Shown in pieces: positions 39,001-50,783 of a stretch of 64,000 nt of DNA. The DNA comes from Laetmonice hystrix. Taxonomy: Eukaryota. Below the pieces are notes generated by a model, which saw only the letters and a program-made list of their open reading frames with translations, did no database searches and was not told where the DNA came from. The translations under genes and the position numbers were made by a program. The stretch's first letter is position 1; the number at the start of each line of letters is the position of its first letter. The stretch covers positions 14,322,001 through 14,386,000 of the forward strand of contig OZ249437.1 in NCBI GenBank assembly GCA_965235115.1. Direction: 5' to 3'.

Positions 39001-42000
39001 AACTTATTCTATTTGAGAAGAATTTATCCAGACTGATGTCTGAGTGTAATTTCAGGGGGAGGACAAGGAGAAGACAGACGACGATCAGATGCCGGAATAT
39101 GATGACGTCACGAAGGAACTGATCGCAGGTGGGTAGATAGACACAGGGAAATGGAAGAAATTGTAGTTTGTACACATCGTAAACATCATGGTCCGTAGCC
39201 AGGCGAGAAATATGAAGTGTTGATACTTTTATTTTGTCTGTTGATGTTATATTACTTGGATACAGTGGACAAGGTCTGTATCCTGGTCTACACAGGCAAA
39301 CTACCAAGGCCAGCAGATGTAATAAGTTATTTTACACCTGCATTCTGAAGATAGTACATAACAAGATAAGATAAACCCCCAAAAAAACAGAATGGATTAT
39401 CTGTTTGTGATTAACAATAGGAGTGCATAGATTGTTCGGTGGTTTTTCATTTAATGTATTTATGGTGTGTTTATGGACAAAATACTAAAAACAACCGTTG
39501 AATCCTTGAGATACATTTGTATCTTTACAGTGGCAGACAAGGCTCGTGCTGAGTTTGATGAGGCAGACAAGAAATTTAAGTCTTTAGAATCGGAACTTGA
39601 GTAAGAAATATTCCCCTTATCAAAATTAGAATGTTGATAGGAAGCTGAGCTTCTTTTCTTTATCTTCTTATGCGTAAAAATGATATTTAGGGAAAAAGGA
39701 AACACAGGTTGACTTTACAAATCCTACTGGCACCAAATTACTCTGGCGGTTAACTAATTGATTGAAAAAAGTGTCCAGAATTTTCGCAATTAAGGACAAA
39801 AGAAGTTTTCTGGTGGCAGTTTATAAAGTCCTTCACCCAATTGTAAAACTACACAGCACTGGAATGAGCTATCTTTAATAATAATTGTGGTTGATTATCA
39901 TTATTACAATCTCTTGCTTCAGTGAAATTAATAAGTTCCTAGCGTTGGACCTTGGGCCGAACTTGGAGTACTATCCATTGAAAGGCCAGTGTTTTGAGTA
40001 CACGGACAGCCAGTATACATACAAGATGTGTCCATTTGAACGAGCCACCCAGCGTGGGAAACATGGAGGCATGGAGACAAGTCTTGGGTAAGTATCAGTA
40101 ATAGGGAAAGACAGAATTTTTTCACCGATAGATGTCGCGCAAGTGCGAAAAGTCTAGGCCTGGTGCATTATGGGATATCATGGCGCGAACGTATGACGGT
40201 TTAATGGCGGCCAGTCAGTGCACTTACGAGTGCTGGACGGTTGGAAGACTGAAGGCAGAGCTGTTAACTCGTCGGGCGAGCACAAAAGGAAGGAAGCATG
40301 TCCTCATTGAAAGGTTAGTGTTCATTTTTCTACACCTTATTATTTTGATGAATGCGGTAAAGTATGTGAAATCAGTAGGTAAATGGACGTCACTCGGTCA
40401 CCACTGGTCCACCCGCAGACTCGACCGAGGCGGCAGCCGCCCACGTGTTCGGCAGTCAGAGCCCCTGTTTTGACAAGGCTGCAATCCTTTTCTGCCTCTT
40501 TGACTTTGTAAATCATTAATCTACCCATCCTCATCCTGGTAAACCGTAAAGCCTAGTATTTATGCCAAATTGAAAAGCCGTTAAAAAGAGTTAGTGAGGA
40601 CGGCCCGTGAGTGTGACTGTCACAGTGTCAGTGTCAGTGCTGTGTGGTCGCAGAACTTCACGACCACGTTGACTGTTGAGTGTTGTGTTGACGTTGTTGC
40701 CATGTTGGTTTGGGGGAGGGGTGGGGCGAAATTGTGGTCACCGGTTATAAGCAAGGGTGGGCCAGGCGTAGGCCTAGCTTAAACAGGCGCGGATCCTAAC
40801 ACTAACACAGTAACTCTAGTCTCTAGCCTATGCCGGAGTCTAGTCAAAGATGGTCTAGTCGTAGAACTGACTATGTTAGTATGTACAGGCTACAGGCTAC
40901 AGCTGTTATTTTGTAATCTGCCATTCAAAGGAGGGGGCATTTTAGAATGGGTAAATTCTTCCTCATCTATTAGAACTGTTTCAAAACTTATTACATTGGG
41001 TAACCCCCTCCCCCTGAGCATACGCTTGTGAAAATGTTGAGAATGTTGGACCACCCCTCAGATAGAACTCTAATTTTTTTTCACAGGCTTGAAATCGTAT
41101 GATGCCCATGACAACTTCCGACAACCGGCACTTGAAGACCTCATTGAACCAGTGCCCTTTGAAGATTGGCCAACCACCAATATCAAACGTTTGACTAGTG
41201 ACCACAGGAGTCTGTTACCTCCAGTGACGAAAGAACTTATACAGGCATACTTCACAATGCGCCTAGCAACTGACAATATTTGTGCTAATGACATGCAGGC
41301 CCTAAAGAAAGGCAAAATTCTTTTGGATGGACAGAAAATAATGGCATGCAGTGCAAATTTTGATGAGAGTAACTATGTGTATTTCACAGGATTTACAAGT
41401 GCTGCAATGAAAAAGAAGGTATAGCATTTTAGCCTGTATTGATTTTAAGAGCATCTATTAAAAACTGTAGTATTGCAGTTAACAATTTTACAGGCATGAA
41501 TAACTATATGTTGTATTATATTAAGACTCTTAACAGATCGTTTCTTGATGGGCATTTTTTGTGAGGATACAGCAGTTGGACGTAGCCGTCTACTGGTTCC
41601 TGGAATTTTTGACTTTGTTGTCAGTCGAAATCGAATTTAGGAGAAATGATTATCACTATAATATCAGAGTATTAAAGTCCTTTATGAAATTTCTTGTGTT
41701 ATTGCAATTTATGTTTATTAAAAGATGACTGATAAATCTCTATATCCAGGGATTGATATTAACGGGGTCCTCAGAATCTAGATCCTTAAGGCCCTAGATT
41801 TGAAATTTCTATCAATGGGACTTGCATTCTCTCTGTAAACCTTGAATGATTTCATAAAAAATATAACACTAGAATTTTTAAAACAGTTCATAATTAAAAA
41901 AAAAAAAAAAGAGTAAACATAACCAACTTTCAGAAAGACCGTCTCTAAAGATTTATAAACTCCTAAATGGCGGATCTAGATATGGGGGGGGGGGGGGGGG

Positions 42001-44231
42001 GCATGGCCCCCTGTTCAGACACCTCTCTGTATGGGTAACTTCTTGTATAAGTTGTAATGAAATGCAGATTGCAGTCCGCCATTTGGTGAAAGTTATACTA
42101 ATTTATGTTTCACGAGCGAGTATCCTAGTTCTGTTTGACATTGATGAAGTGTGTCATGCTTTTGGAGAGCAATGAAAACGGAATCATATCTTGACTTCAC
42201 TCTGTATCAGAAAAGAATAATTCTGTTCCACCTGTTTCTAGCCAAGAACGTATCCTATCCTAGTTTAATTTGAGGGGTGGGGGTGCAGCAGAGGTGTAGG
42301 CAGAACTAAGCTAAGGGGGGGGGGGGGGGAGGGTTCCAACCACAATTTTAGTCAGACTCCATTTATTTAGCTATTTCATTATCTATTAATTGGGGGAGGG
42401 GCAGGCTGGGAGGGGGGGCAATTTTTTACTTTTGCCCCGGGTGCCAGGAACCCTCGCTACGGCTACGCCACTGCCCTGGGAGTGGGAGATAGATCTAGTG
42501 TCAACGAAAAGTCCAGGTAAGTATGAACAAATAACATGGTTACTGGAAATTCCATTGACTATGGGGGGGTAGTTTTGATGACAACGAACGGCGTTGCCGT
42601 TGGTTGCAGGCCCGTACCCAGGGGGGTTCCGGACCCCCCCCCCCCCCCCGGGAGGGAGAGGCCTCGCACCTGAGGGTACCCAGGCCCCACGAACTGAATA
42701 CAAAAGATGGAACCCCCCCCCCCCCCAAGGGCTAAGGAAAGGAGTATCTACGGGCCTGTGTTGGGAAATACCACCCCAAAATCCCCAAGGCGGCCGTACG
42801 TCAGTCTACAAACGCGAACAGTATCACAGGCCACGGCCACTCTAGACGAGTCGTGGTTGTGTAGGCTTCACCGTCTTGACCTTCAAGCTAGGTGCCCAAA
42901 GTGTTTTTTAATAAGAATATCTATGGGCCCTAATAGGCCTAGTCTATTCTGGTTTCATAACTACAGTCACGTAGGGCGGCCGCCTAAATAAAATAGGTAT
43001 AGCCTAACTATAACTTGTTATGGCTGCTGCACGCCGGGTTGTCGTGTCGGAACTCCCACTGCCCTAGGCTAGGGCGGCCTACACTACAGTTGTCTACAGC
43101 CTCGCAAAAAGAATGCGTAGATCTAACGTTATACTAGCCTAGATAGGCTACGGTCTTTCTGTGTTTCTCAAAATGTTTCTCAAACACCAAAAACACTTAT
43201 TACATGAGAGTACACACCCTGAGAAGGAGTTAGATAGTCATCTGTTTTAAAATGGTCGTAGCAGACATCACTTGGCTGAGGCCGCCAAGGCCCAAGCCAA
43301 GGTCTGGTCGGTTTACTACTAATACTAGGCTACTGCCTCTTCTCACAGTCACAGCGACGCTCATTGGGGAATTTATGTCCACCAATTTTGTTAGAACAAC
43401 CAGGTACCCAACAATATCCCGGCATTTTTCTTTGGGTGATGACTGATCGCGTTTTTTCGACAGTGACACACTGACAGATCTTTGTTTACACTAGACCCTA
43501 GATCTTCTTGCCTATATACGGCCTTGCGCACAGTGACCGTCACAATGCCTACGCTAGACTTTTCGCACTTGCGCGCCACCTACCGTTTCAAATTCTGTCT
43601 TCCCCTATTAAAAATAACATGTATTAGGAGAGAAATGAAAATATTGTTATGTTTTGTCCGTGTGTTATAAAACAGGACCCAGTATATTCATTCATTCATT
43701 CATTCATTCATTCATTCATTCATTCATTCAGTCATTCAGTCATTCAGTCATTCATTCATTCATTGTCTGAACATGTTCAGTAGTTATTTTGTAAGAGTCT
43801 GACATACGTGATGTGTTGTTCTCTGCAGACAATGGGGAAGCTGGGACGGGCCAGATAATAATCTTTACTCAGTGATGAAGTTTGACCGGGGCCAGAATTG
43901 TTGGAATGGACCAGACCGTTCTGTTAGGGTGAGTTCCATGCCACAACTCAGTTTAATTATAAACATGCAAATTCTTCTCGACTAAAGTAATTGTACATGT
44001 AATATTAACTATATCAGTTGTAAGAAGTAATATATTACTGCTTTGGGAATATTGTTGGACATTTTAAAAAAATTTGGTTCCTTTTTGCAGGTTTTGATAT
44101 CGTGTGGGAAAACGAACGAGGTTTTTGCAGCGTCTGAGCCGAACCGGTGTGAATACGAGTTTAAGTTCTCATCACCAGCTGCATGTTCAAAACCACCTAA
44201 GAAATCAGACGATAGCCATGATGAACTTTGA
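27099..44231 (+). CDS. PRKCSH: Glucosidase II subunit beta, 551 aa
   Basis: Exons 27099-27195, 28944-29066, 29233-29328, 29644-29698, 29989-30106, 31083-31146, 31286-31351, 33297-33381, 33650-33728, 33971-34099, 34570-34668, 35437-35532, 39056-39128, 39531-39600, 39923-40087, 43829-43928, 44091-44231 (1656 nt, in frame). Signal peptide, RPRG, FTCLDG...[19 protein letters not shown]-hand-like LDVNQDG and FDIDSNGE, acidic tract, MRH domain (CWNGPDRS...EPNRCEY), C-terminal HDEL. Confidence 0.96.
30255..30451. mobile_element. Harbinger-type MITE, 197 bp
   Basis: TIR gggcccgttgcataaaa / ttttatgcaacgcaccc; 3-bp TSD ctg/ctg. Confidence 0.75.
31597..31985 (-). mobile_element. Internally deleted piggyBac-like element
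   Basis: TTAA at 31593-31596 and 31986-31989, CCC...GGG termini, imperfect TIRs. Minus-strand ORF from 31755 begins [14 protein letters not shown], resembling the acidic N-terminus of piggyBac transposases. Confidence 0.55.
32091..33282. repeat. 48/54-bp minisatellite, about 24 copies, in PRKCSH intron 7
   Basis: Unit agtttgattgtgccacaatgtgattgtgtctccgtctggttgtactac. The array ends about 14 nt before the exon 8 acceptor. Confidence 0.97.
35231..35391. mobile_element. piggyBac-type MITE, 161 bp
   Basis: TTAA TSD on both sides; TIR ccacttgccggcgg / ccgccgggaagtgg. Confidence 0.8.
37947..38940. repeat. 46/52-bp minisatellite, about 21 copies, in PRKCSH intron 12
   Basis: Unit tttggtatagtcgttttattaccagtgactgtaccctaaactgatg. 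Four units carry a 6-bp ACATGT insertion. Confidence 0.97.
40204..41418 (+). pseudogene. SAP-domain N-terminus of a probable SWIM/YqaJ-type transposon ORF, frameshifted and truncated
   Basis: Exon 40204-40313 reads [37 protein letters not shown] (SAP). Exon 41087-41418 reads ...YDAHDNF...[10 protein letters not shown], with a 1-nt excess just after the acceptor. No downstream exons found. Confidence 0.65.
42607..42758. mobile_element. MITE with CAG...CTG termini and poly-C tracts
   Basis: TIR caggcccgta / tacgggcctg; flanks ggttg / tgttg (5 bp, one mismatch). Confidence 0.7.
43235..43372 (-). pseudogene. Degenerate THAP domain of the transposase ORF
   Basis: Minus strand, across a stop and frameshifts: FPNE...KRQ*...VNRPD...[18 protein letters not shown]. 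Matches the THAP pattern P...W...R...W.P....C..HF. Confidence 0.55.
43686..43764. repeat. (ATTC)n microsatellite with AGTC interruptions
   Basis: Directly visible. Confidence 0.97.
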
Positions 44232-45197
44232 CCCCAAACACCATAATCTCTTATGTAGAACAGAAGGGGGGAACACTTAAGAAATTCCAGTTTTTGTTAG
44301 GAGTAGTGTAGCATTGGATAAGAACTAAGGTTTTCTTTTTCAATATCCGTGATAAAAACAGAGCAGGGTTAAATTAGGTTCACTTTTTGTAGTAAGATTG
44401 CAGAAGACGGTTGGATTCTTCAGCTGATCAGTTGGTTGATTCCGTCAGTTATAACCGTCAATATGAAAATATATGGAGCAAAAGTCCCTTATATTTAAAA
44501 AATATAAATCAACATTGACTTACAGATATGTTGTGAAGGTTAATTGTGTTCAGTTATTCCTACCAAACCCCCTGGTGGACGGTATTGAAACTAGTCGGTC
44601 CTTGCCCTTCACGTGGAGTATTTTTAGGTAACGCTATGGTGAATATTTCTACCAAGGGAAGAAGGAATGAGGATAATTTCTCAATGATCCGAGGTTTAGG
44701 AGGTGTTCTGGCAATTTTTCCTTACAATTTACCATTTTGGAAATAAACTTCATAATTGAGGAGGTTGACGTTCACCATATGAATCGGCAGAATGGCTGAA
44801 GTAGTCGTGTGGCGCAGTTACTAATCCTTGACGAGAGAGTGGAATAAATGTGATTGTAGGATTCTGAGTTCAAATATATGTTTATCAGGCTTACTGTAGG
44901 AAGTTGGGTATGTGCTGACCTGAGCCTAACAAGAAAATGGTACCTCCTAAGACACCTCCTATTCCTCCCATCTTTCCCTTCATATTTCTTCTTTAATTTC
45001 CTTTTTCTTTTGGGTGTGGATGTGTGTGAAATCTCGAGCTTTCCTTGAGAATGCTATAGGAGAAATGATACAGTATTTGTAGGGATGTTGGTCATTAAAA
45101 GTAACATTTAAAAAATCAGACAATAATTATTGTCCAAAATCTGATGGACCTTACCATATCTTGTCATTTCTTTATTGGAATATGTGTCCGGCCTTAA

Positions 45198-45352
45198 AGC
45201 GACAGTCTCGTCCTTCAGCATTGTGCGACATGGGGGCCATCCTGACGGTCGATGCGCTATTTATAGACGTTAGTTCCTATGCTACAGCATAGGATGGTCG
45301 TAGCTATCAAATAGGCCACTAGGTGGCTGCGAGCATGGACGAGACTGTCGCT
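45198..45352. mobile_element. TTAA-flanked MITE with AG...CT termini (Kolobok-like), 155 bp
   Basis: ttaa|agcgacagtctcgtcc ... ggacgagactgtcgct|ttaa. Confidence 0.75.
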
Positions 45353-46179
45353 TTAATAGGACCAAAGTGGTATATTCTGAAACATGAAAACCGAATTGAT
45401 TAATTGTACAGAGCTGTGTAACTCATTCCGTGGGTTTACATATCGTTTGTGTTATTAGATGTGTTCGTTGAGCTTCAAGAATTATGTAAATTCAGCATTA
45501 CAGGACAATAAATATATTGTGTGGACGAAACAAAATAGATCACAACTCGAGGTTTGTTGAGCTATTCTTGCAGAATGCCAGGCTTTGAGTTTGACTAACA
45601 GTTCTCAGGGATTCCATCAGGTGGCGCCGTCTAGTATACCAGTCTATTCCATCAGGGGCCATGCGACCCGATGCGGGAAAATATCGACACTGGGTCTGGG
45701 CCTGGCAATAGCTCCCGTGATTTCATAAATAGGCCTAGAGTCAGATTGATGAAGTATGATAAAAGACTATAATTACCCCCCCCCCCTCCCCTAACAAAAT
45801 GAAAACCTTATGAAAAGTTGAGAATCGTGTGAAAACATCTCATGTTGTTTGATCGATAGACATTAAAGCTGGATAAGTGCACGCACGCCGAGAATCACAA
45901 ACTGGTTCTGTCCAACCCAAACGATATCATTTGAACTTATTTAACAAGGAACTTACCTGATACCCAGCGAATGACTCGTAATAGTGGAGACTTTTGAGTG
46001 GCAACTTGGGACTCGCGAATTACGGTGGCTCGCCGAAAGTCAACCTGTTTAGTACAACCCGACCGTGACGTCGGCACTTCTTATAGTGTGCATTTTCGCT
46101 CTCGCCCAACGTGGAAGGGGGGGGGGGGGGATTCCCCCAACAGGTGCTTGTAATGTAAACAGACATTCGTCCGCATTAA

Positions 46180-46375
46180 GGGTTCTTCCCCCATGGTAAC
46201 TTTCCACGAAATGTTTGGGCAGGGGTTAAGGTTAAGGTCAGGGATAGGGATAGGGATAGGATAGGGATATGTTTTTGGGAGGTGTAGGGACTGGGGTTAG
46301 GGGTTAGGGATAAGGTCAGGGCCATGGATCTTTACTTTCCACCAAATTTCGTGGGGTTTATGTTATCATGGGCGA
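46180..46375 (+). repeat. Dispersed repeat family (gggttagggataaggtcagggc core), copy 2
   Basis: Aligns with 54905-55054 + 55440-55495 and with the reverse complement of 26430-26560. Confidence 0.75.
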
Positions 46376-46387
46376 TATACCGCATTA

Positions 46388-46677
46388 AGCTGTGAACACA
46401 TGTAGCGTTTTTGCGGCAACGGCAACGATAATGCGGCAATGCGGCAGCGGCCAAAAAAATCGCCAAATTGGAATCCAGTGAACGTGTACACATGCGTACA
46501 GTAACGGCAATACGACTATCCGACTATTTGCCTGGCAGATAGTCGGATAGTCGTATCGCCGTTACCGTACGCATGTGTACACATTCACTGGATTTCATTT
46601 TGGCGATTTTTTGGCCGCCGCCGCATTGCCGCATTATCGTTGCCGCTGCCGCAAAAACGCTACATGTGTTCACAGCT
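46388..46677. mobile_element. Palindromic Harbinger/Tourist-type MITE, 290 bp
   Basis: Near-perfect foldback over its whole length; TIR agctgtgaacacatgtagcgtttttgcggc; TTA TSD on both sides. Confidence 0.88.
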
Positions 46678-47349
46678 TTAAGGTGCTTTCGTGCACACGG
46701 CGTGCGGCATGCGGCGTGCGTTTTTGCAAATATGGAACAACTGAAAATGGAATAATATAACAAATAGATCTATCGGCAATCCATATGAGGGCGCATTTAC
46801 GGTAGTTGTTGGGATCGGCTGAGAACCTCAACTGACACCAGGGAATGCCCCCGTCCGTTCCTAGTCCCAGTTCAAATGGCGTCTCAATCCGCAAGAACGG
46901 ATTTACGGTGCACGACTGACGAATTCGTGTTAATATGTTCAGATTATCGTTCTTTTCTAATCTAAAAGGCAGGTAGGCCTACTACCTATGACAGAAGCAT
47001 TTGGGGGAAATATAGGAAAATTGTCAACATTGCATGTCATAGGTTTAATACTGATGCTAGGCGTATCGGGTGGGCCCCAAAAAGTTGAACTCTTTTTCTT
47101 GCCTGTAACTTCTGTACTTTTGATCTCAGTGTCATATTTGGCTCCTGATATCATTGGTTAAGTGGGGCATGTGGTACAAATTATTGATAAATAGGCCAAA
47201 ACGTCTATATAGATGTTCCCGAAGCCAGCGGTAGCGTAACGTGATCGTTAGGCTCTGGTTGGTCCCTCGTTACGAACAATGGGCTGTTCCCGAAGCACTC
47301 GTTAGCATTAACGACGTTAAAAGAAAAGAAAATCTCCAGTTTGTACAGG

Positions 47350-48166
47350 CCAGGCGCAGAGGCCGTGAAATGTTATCACCTTGCCACACTGACTGATTAA
47401 AGTCACGGATGGATCGAGGTGGCATCTGTGTCGAGAACTTCAGGACTTAGCACGGCCAACAAGACATTGGAATGCCCTCCCTGTGAGTGTACAAGTGTTG
47501 GCTGCCCTCAGGTACAGGAAGTTTTCAAGCAGCCACTCCCGATTCTCCGTTTCACGAAATGTGCATAACGTAGCTAATGCTGTGGTGGACAGACTTTTGC
47601 AGAGGCATACAAGCTTTCCCAGGGACAACTACGTGCAGAGGAGAACAAAGGAGGCATTTTATGAACTTGCCCATTTCCCCAACAGAGGAGAAGAGGCATA
47701 GGGGGCTACAACAGGGCGCACCGTAGTATACTCGCTCAGTATGGAATGCAGTCTCGATCATCCAGACCCTCAGCGACTGTATGGAATGTGGAAGTTGCGT
47801 TTCCGGTGCCTACACAAGACTGGCGGCTGTCTAATATTCTCTGTTGAGCGTTGCCTGAAGATTATAGTAACGACTGCCATCTTGCACAATATATGTATTC
47901 AGCGCAACATCCCGCTTCCAGATGACGCCGATGAAGACATTGGCGATGATGACGACAATGACGAGGACCAGGATGAAGTGAACGTTTCAGAAGACGACGA
48001 CGTACAACATGTCGCCTCGACCTTGGATAAAGTGTACATCATAATAAACTATTCAAACCTAAATATTACGACAAAAATGTTCCGTGTTATTTGTCCGAAC
48101 ATCTTGGGCTACAACATCAGTAATAAAAAAATGGTATCTGAATCAACCGACAAACGAACCGAATGA
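47350..48166 (+). pseudogene. HARBI1-like transposase with the catalytic core deleted
   Basis: N-terminal part LARPTRHWNALPVSVQVLAALRY...FYELAHFPN runs almost directly into YNRAH...YGMWKLRFRCL...GGCL...AILHNICI. No IDGTH- or GDSGY-like motifs seen; frameshifts present. Confidence 0.85.
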
Positions 48167-48249
48167 GAAAAAATAAGAAATAAGAAATAAAGTAAAATAA
48201 GATTTTAAAAAATAATAAGAAAAAAAAGAAACAAAATAAGCTAGGTCCT

Positions 48250-49143
48250 TTACGGGTTAAAGAGACAGTACCTGTCATCAGTTTCATAATTCGTGCGGTT
48301 TTCACACAGTTTCTCTAGCAGTGCCAGTTTCTTTTTCTCAACCTCTAACCGTTCTTTTTCCACATTTAGGCGGTCCTTTTCGATAGTTAAACGGTCCTTT
48401 TCTATTTCAATAAGCTCTAGTGTTGGATCGTTTGTCGACTTCCCGACGGCTGCACTCACTTTAGTACGGTCCTTCTTTGAGGGGGTAGGGGTGGGGAATG
48501 TGGTGGAAGGTATCGTACGTTGTACCAACATTGATTTCGGCTTTGTTGATGGGAACGCCACTGGAGACATCGTCATGGAGCTCTCATCAGTTTTAACAGA
48601 CATTTCGTCAGTCAACCCGTTACCTTCACTTGTACCTGGACGTGGATTCATCATCATGGACTTGTTGTCCATGGTCACAGCAATGCCGTCACTTGTTTGG
48701 GTTGGTGTACTCGGAACACTTGGGGGAATAACTGGACTTAACTCAGATGTCACATCAATGGAGTCTATCCTACGGTGTATCCCTTCCGTCGCTGTCTTTC
48801 CCAAAATAGCCAATACCTTTTCTTCTTGTTCACTGACTGGGATGTTCTCAGCTTTACCGCCACCAGTTTTCTGCTTCTCTTTTTTCCGCTGCATTTCCTT
48901 GCCTTTCGTGCAGCTGGCCCAATCCTGCCATTTCCGTCGCACCTCATCCATAGTACGTGATACTGTAGATACTGCATTGACCTTTTTGGTGACATCGTTC
49001 CACGCAGCCCTTTTCTTTTCGTTTGTAATAACATCCGTGAACTTGTTGAAGATTACACTCTTCCTAGCTCCGACAGCTTCAACGAGAACATTAAGTTCAG
49101 CGTGAGCAAACCTTGGTCTCCTCTTCTTGGTTTCTTTGGGCAT
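48250..49143 (-). CDS. Harbinger Myb/SANT-like DNA-binding protein, 297 aa, intact ORF
   Basis: MPKETKKRRPRFAHAELNVLVEAV...KRAAWNDVTKKVNAVSTVSRTMDEVRRKWQDW (Myb/SANT-like). C-terminal heptads EKDRLTIEKDRLNVEKERLEVEK. Confidence 0.88.
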   Translation of the reverse strand: MPKETKKRRPRFAHAELNVLVEAVGARKSVIFNKFTDVITNEKKRAAWNDVTKKVNAVSTVSRTMDEVRRKWQDWASCTKGKEMQRKKEKQKTGGGKAENIPVSEQEEKVLAILGKTATEGIHRRIDSIDVTSELSPVIPPSVPSTPTQTSDGIAVTMDNKSMMMNPRPGTSEGNGLTDEMSVKTDESSMTMSPVAFPSTKPKSMLVQRTIPSTTFPTPTPSKKDRTKVSAAVGKSTNDPTLELIEIEKDRLTIEKDRLNVEKERLEVEKKKLALLEKLCENRTNYETDDRYCLFNP

Positions 49144-49431
49144 GATTATAAGGAATGCAGAGAGCATGGACTGGCACTGGCTATCTCCCTGCCTGTATGA
49201 GAACACACCCACCCAACAAGCAAGAATGGCCGCCGCCCCCCAGTTCCCGAAGCCATCGTTATGCAGGTAATTGACGACATCGTTAGGGCCAAGAACGAGA
49301 GACTACCGAGAACGTTCACGAGGGTTAGCCGAAGCCATCGTTAGCTGATCGTTTGCGTTTCGTCAATAACGAGCACGTTAAGCACCGTCTTCCATCGTTC
49401 AGCGTCAATGCAGGTCATTCCTGCAGGTGAC

Positions 49432-49589
49432 CAGTGGCGGATTTAGAGGGGGACACAGGGGCCCCCCCAATGTCTCCAAAGCAGGGTCCTTCCAATACTG
49501 AAAATGAACAGACGTGACCACGCGTAGCCCCAGACATAACACCCACACATTCTATGCCCTTCCGAAAAAAAATCCTGGATTCACCACCG
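49432..49589. mobile_element. MITE (cagtggcggat family) nested in the Harbinger element
   Basis: Termini cagtggcggattt / ggattcaccaccg; flanked by gtgac/gtgac (5 bp). Confidence 0.7.
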
Positions 49590-50581
49590 GTGACCGATTA
49601 GGCCACTTGCATTAAGGGCGAATAAAGTATTATAAAGTATTCTTAAAACTTTAGGAAGGCTGCTGTTCCTATGTGTAGGGTGTTTACGCCATCGTTAAAT
49701 ATCATGCCTACCGATTTTTACTATTACCAGTGTGTAGAGGACATATTTTTTTAAATGAAGTCTCTGCGACCATCTTAATGGACGTACTGGCCATTTTAGT
49801 GGTCAGAAATGAGGACTGTTTTTGAGACATCCTGGTTTTGGAGACATCCTGACAATAAGCATGAAAAGTATGTATAATTACTACAAACAATCGGAAAACA
49901 TGATAATACACATGCACTCACGAAACAAGCACAACTTGCACACCAGAAATAGCCATCTCCCATTGTGCACCACCTAGCGTCAGAATGTGTCGAACGTCAA
50001 AATAGAATTCCAGGGACCGAATGCTTCGAAGATGCCATTTGCCATTTTCAGTATGAAACGAAAAATACACTTACCTTTACTATTATGTGATATCTTACTT
50101 CATTTTACCATATTCGCTTTCAACCACATGAATACTAAATAACGTTCCATCGGTAATTCTCAAATTTCAAATATCTGCTAGATTGAATTAAACTTCCCTT
50201 GTAATTCACCTTCACCTTCAGAGCTGCTGCTCATTATGAGGTGCGTACTGCGGAGATTCCAAATTTTACTGTCATCGCGAGTCCCAAACACCTAATAGTT
50301 TCTACGTTATGGATCGTTGAATGCAGAGAGATCGATCTGCTGTTGTACACGAGCCAATAACGAGGGCCTAACAAGAACTCTGCCCCTGTCGTTCAGTTAA
50401 CGAACTCGTTAGTGCTAACGACTGCTTCGGGAACAGCCCATTGTTCGTAACGAGGGACCAACCAGAGCCTAACGATCACGTTACGCTACCGATGGTTTCG
50501 GGAACATGGGCAGGGTAGTTAACATGGTACCGCACGTCATGGGCAGGGATGGTGCTACTGTGTCTGAATGACATGACATCT

Positions 50582-50783
50582 GGTGGGTGGGGGGTGGGTG
50601 TTTGGGGTTTTACGCCTTGTAACAGCCGGGGTCATATCACGGCGGTGAAGATGATGATGATGATGAAAGTCAGTTTTTCTTGGTGGAGGAAACCGAAGGA
50701 CCCGGAGGAAACCACCGACCTTCGGGAAGGAACTGACTGACAAACCTTTCACACATGCAGCCCAGGCCGGGGATCGCACCCGG
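50582..50783 (-). mobile_element. 5'-truncated tRNA-derived SINE
   Basis: Minus strand: B-box-like ggtgcgatccc, central ggtttcctccgggtccttcggtttcctccacca domain (type common in invertebrate V/Meta-like SINEs), tail gatatgaccccggctgttacaaggcgtaaaacccc plus simple repeat. Confidence 0.65.

Larger units (their letters stand above)
40103..43606. mobile_element. ISL2EU-like DNA transposon relic (PIF/Harbinger-related), 3.5 kb, in PRKCSH intron 15
   Basis: TIR of about 50 bp, aggg(a/g)aagacagaattt...gcgcaagtgcgaaaagtctag, at both ends; 2-bp AT TSD. Convergent remnants of a SAP-led ORF (+) and a THAP domain (-). Confidence 0.7.
47213..50510. mobile_element. PIF/Harbinger DNA transposon, non-autonomous, about 3.3 kb
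   Basis: Inverted repeats of about 100 bp (atgttcccgaa...ctctggttggtccctcgttacgaacaatgggctgttcccgaagca). Convergent HARBI1-like transposase and Myb/SANT ORFs. Internal cgaagccatcgtta motifs at about 49245-49345. Exact ends and TSD not resolved. Confidence 0.88.

Noticed and set aside
42500-42520. ATACTTACCTGG on the minus strand, like the 5' end of U1 snRNA
   Set aside because: The following sequence does not continue as U1; it is the complement of a consensus splice donor.
48293-49105. 270-aa + strand ORF
   Set aside because: Antisense shadow of the Myb/SANT ORF with no motifs of its own.
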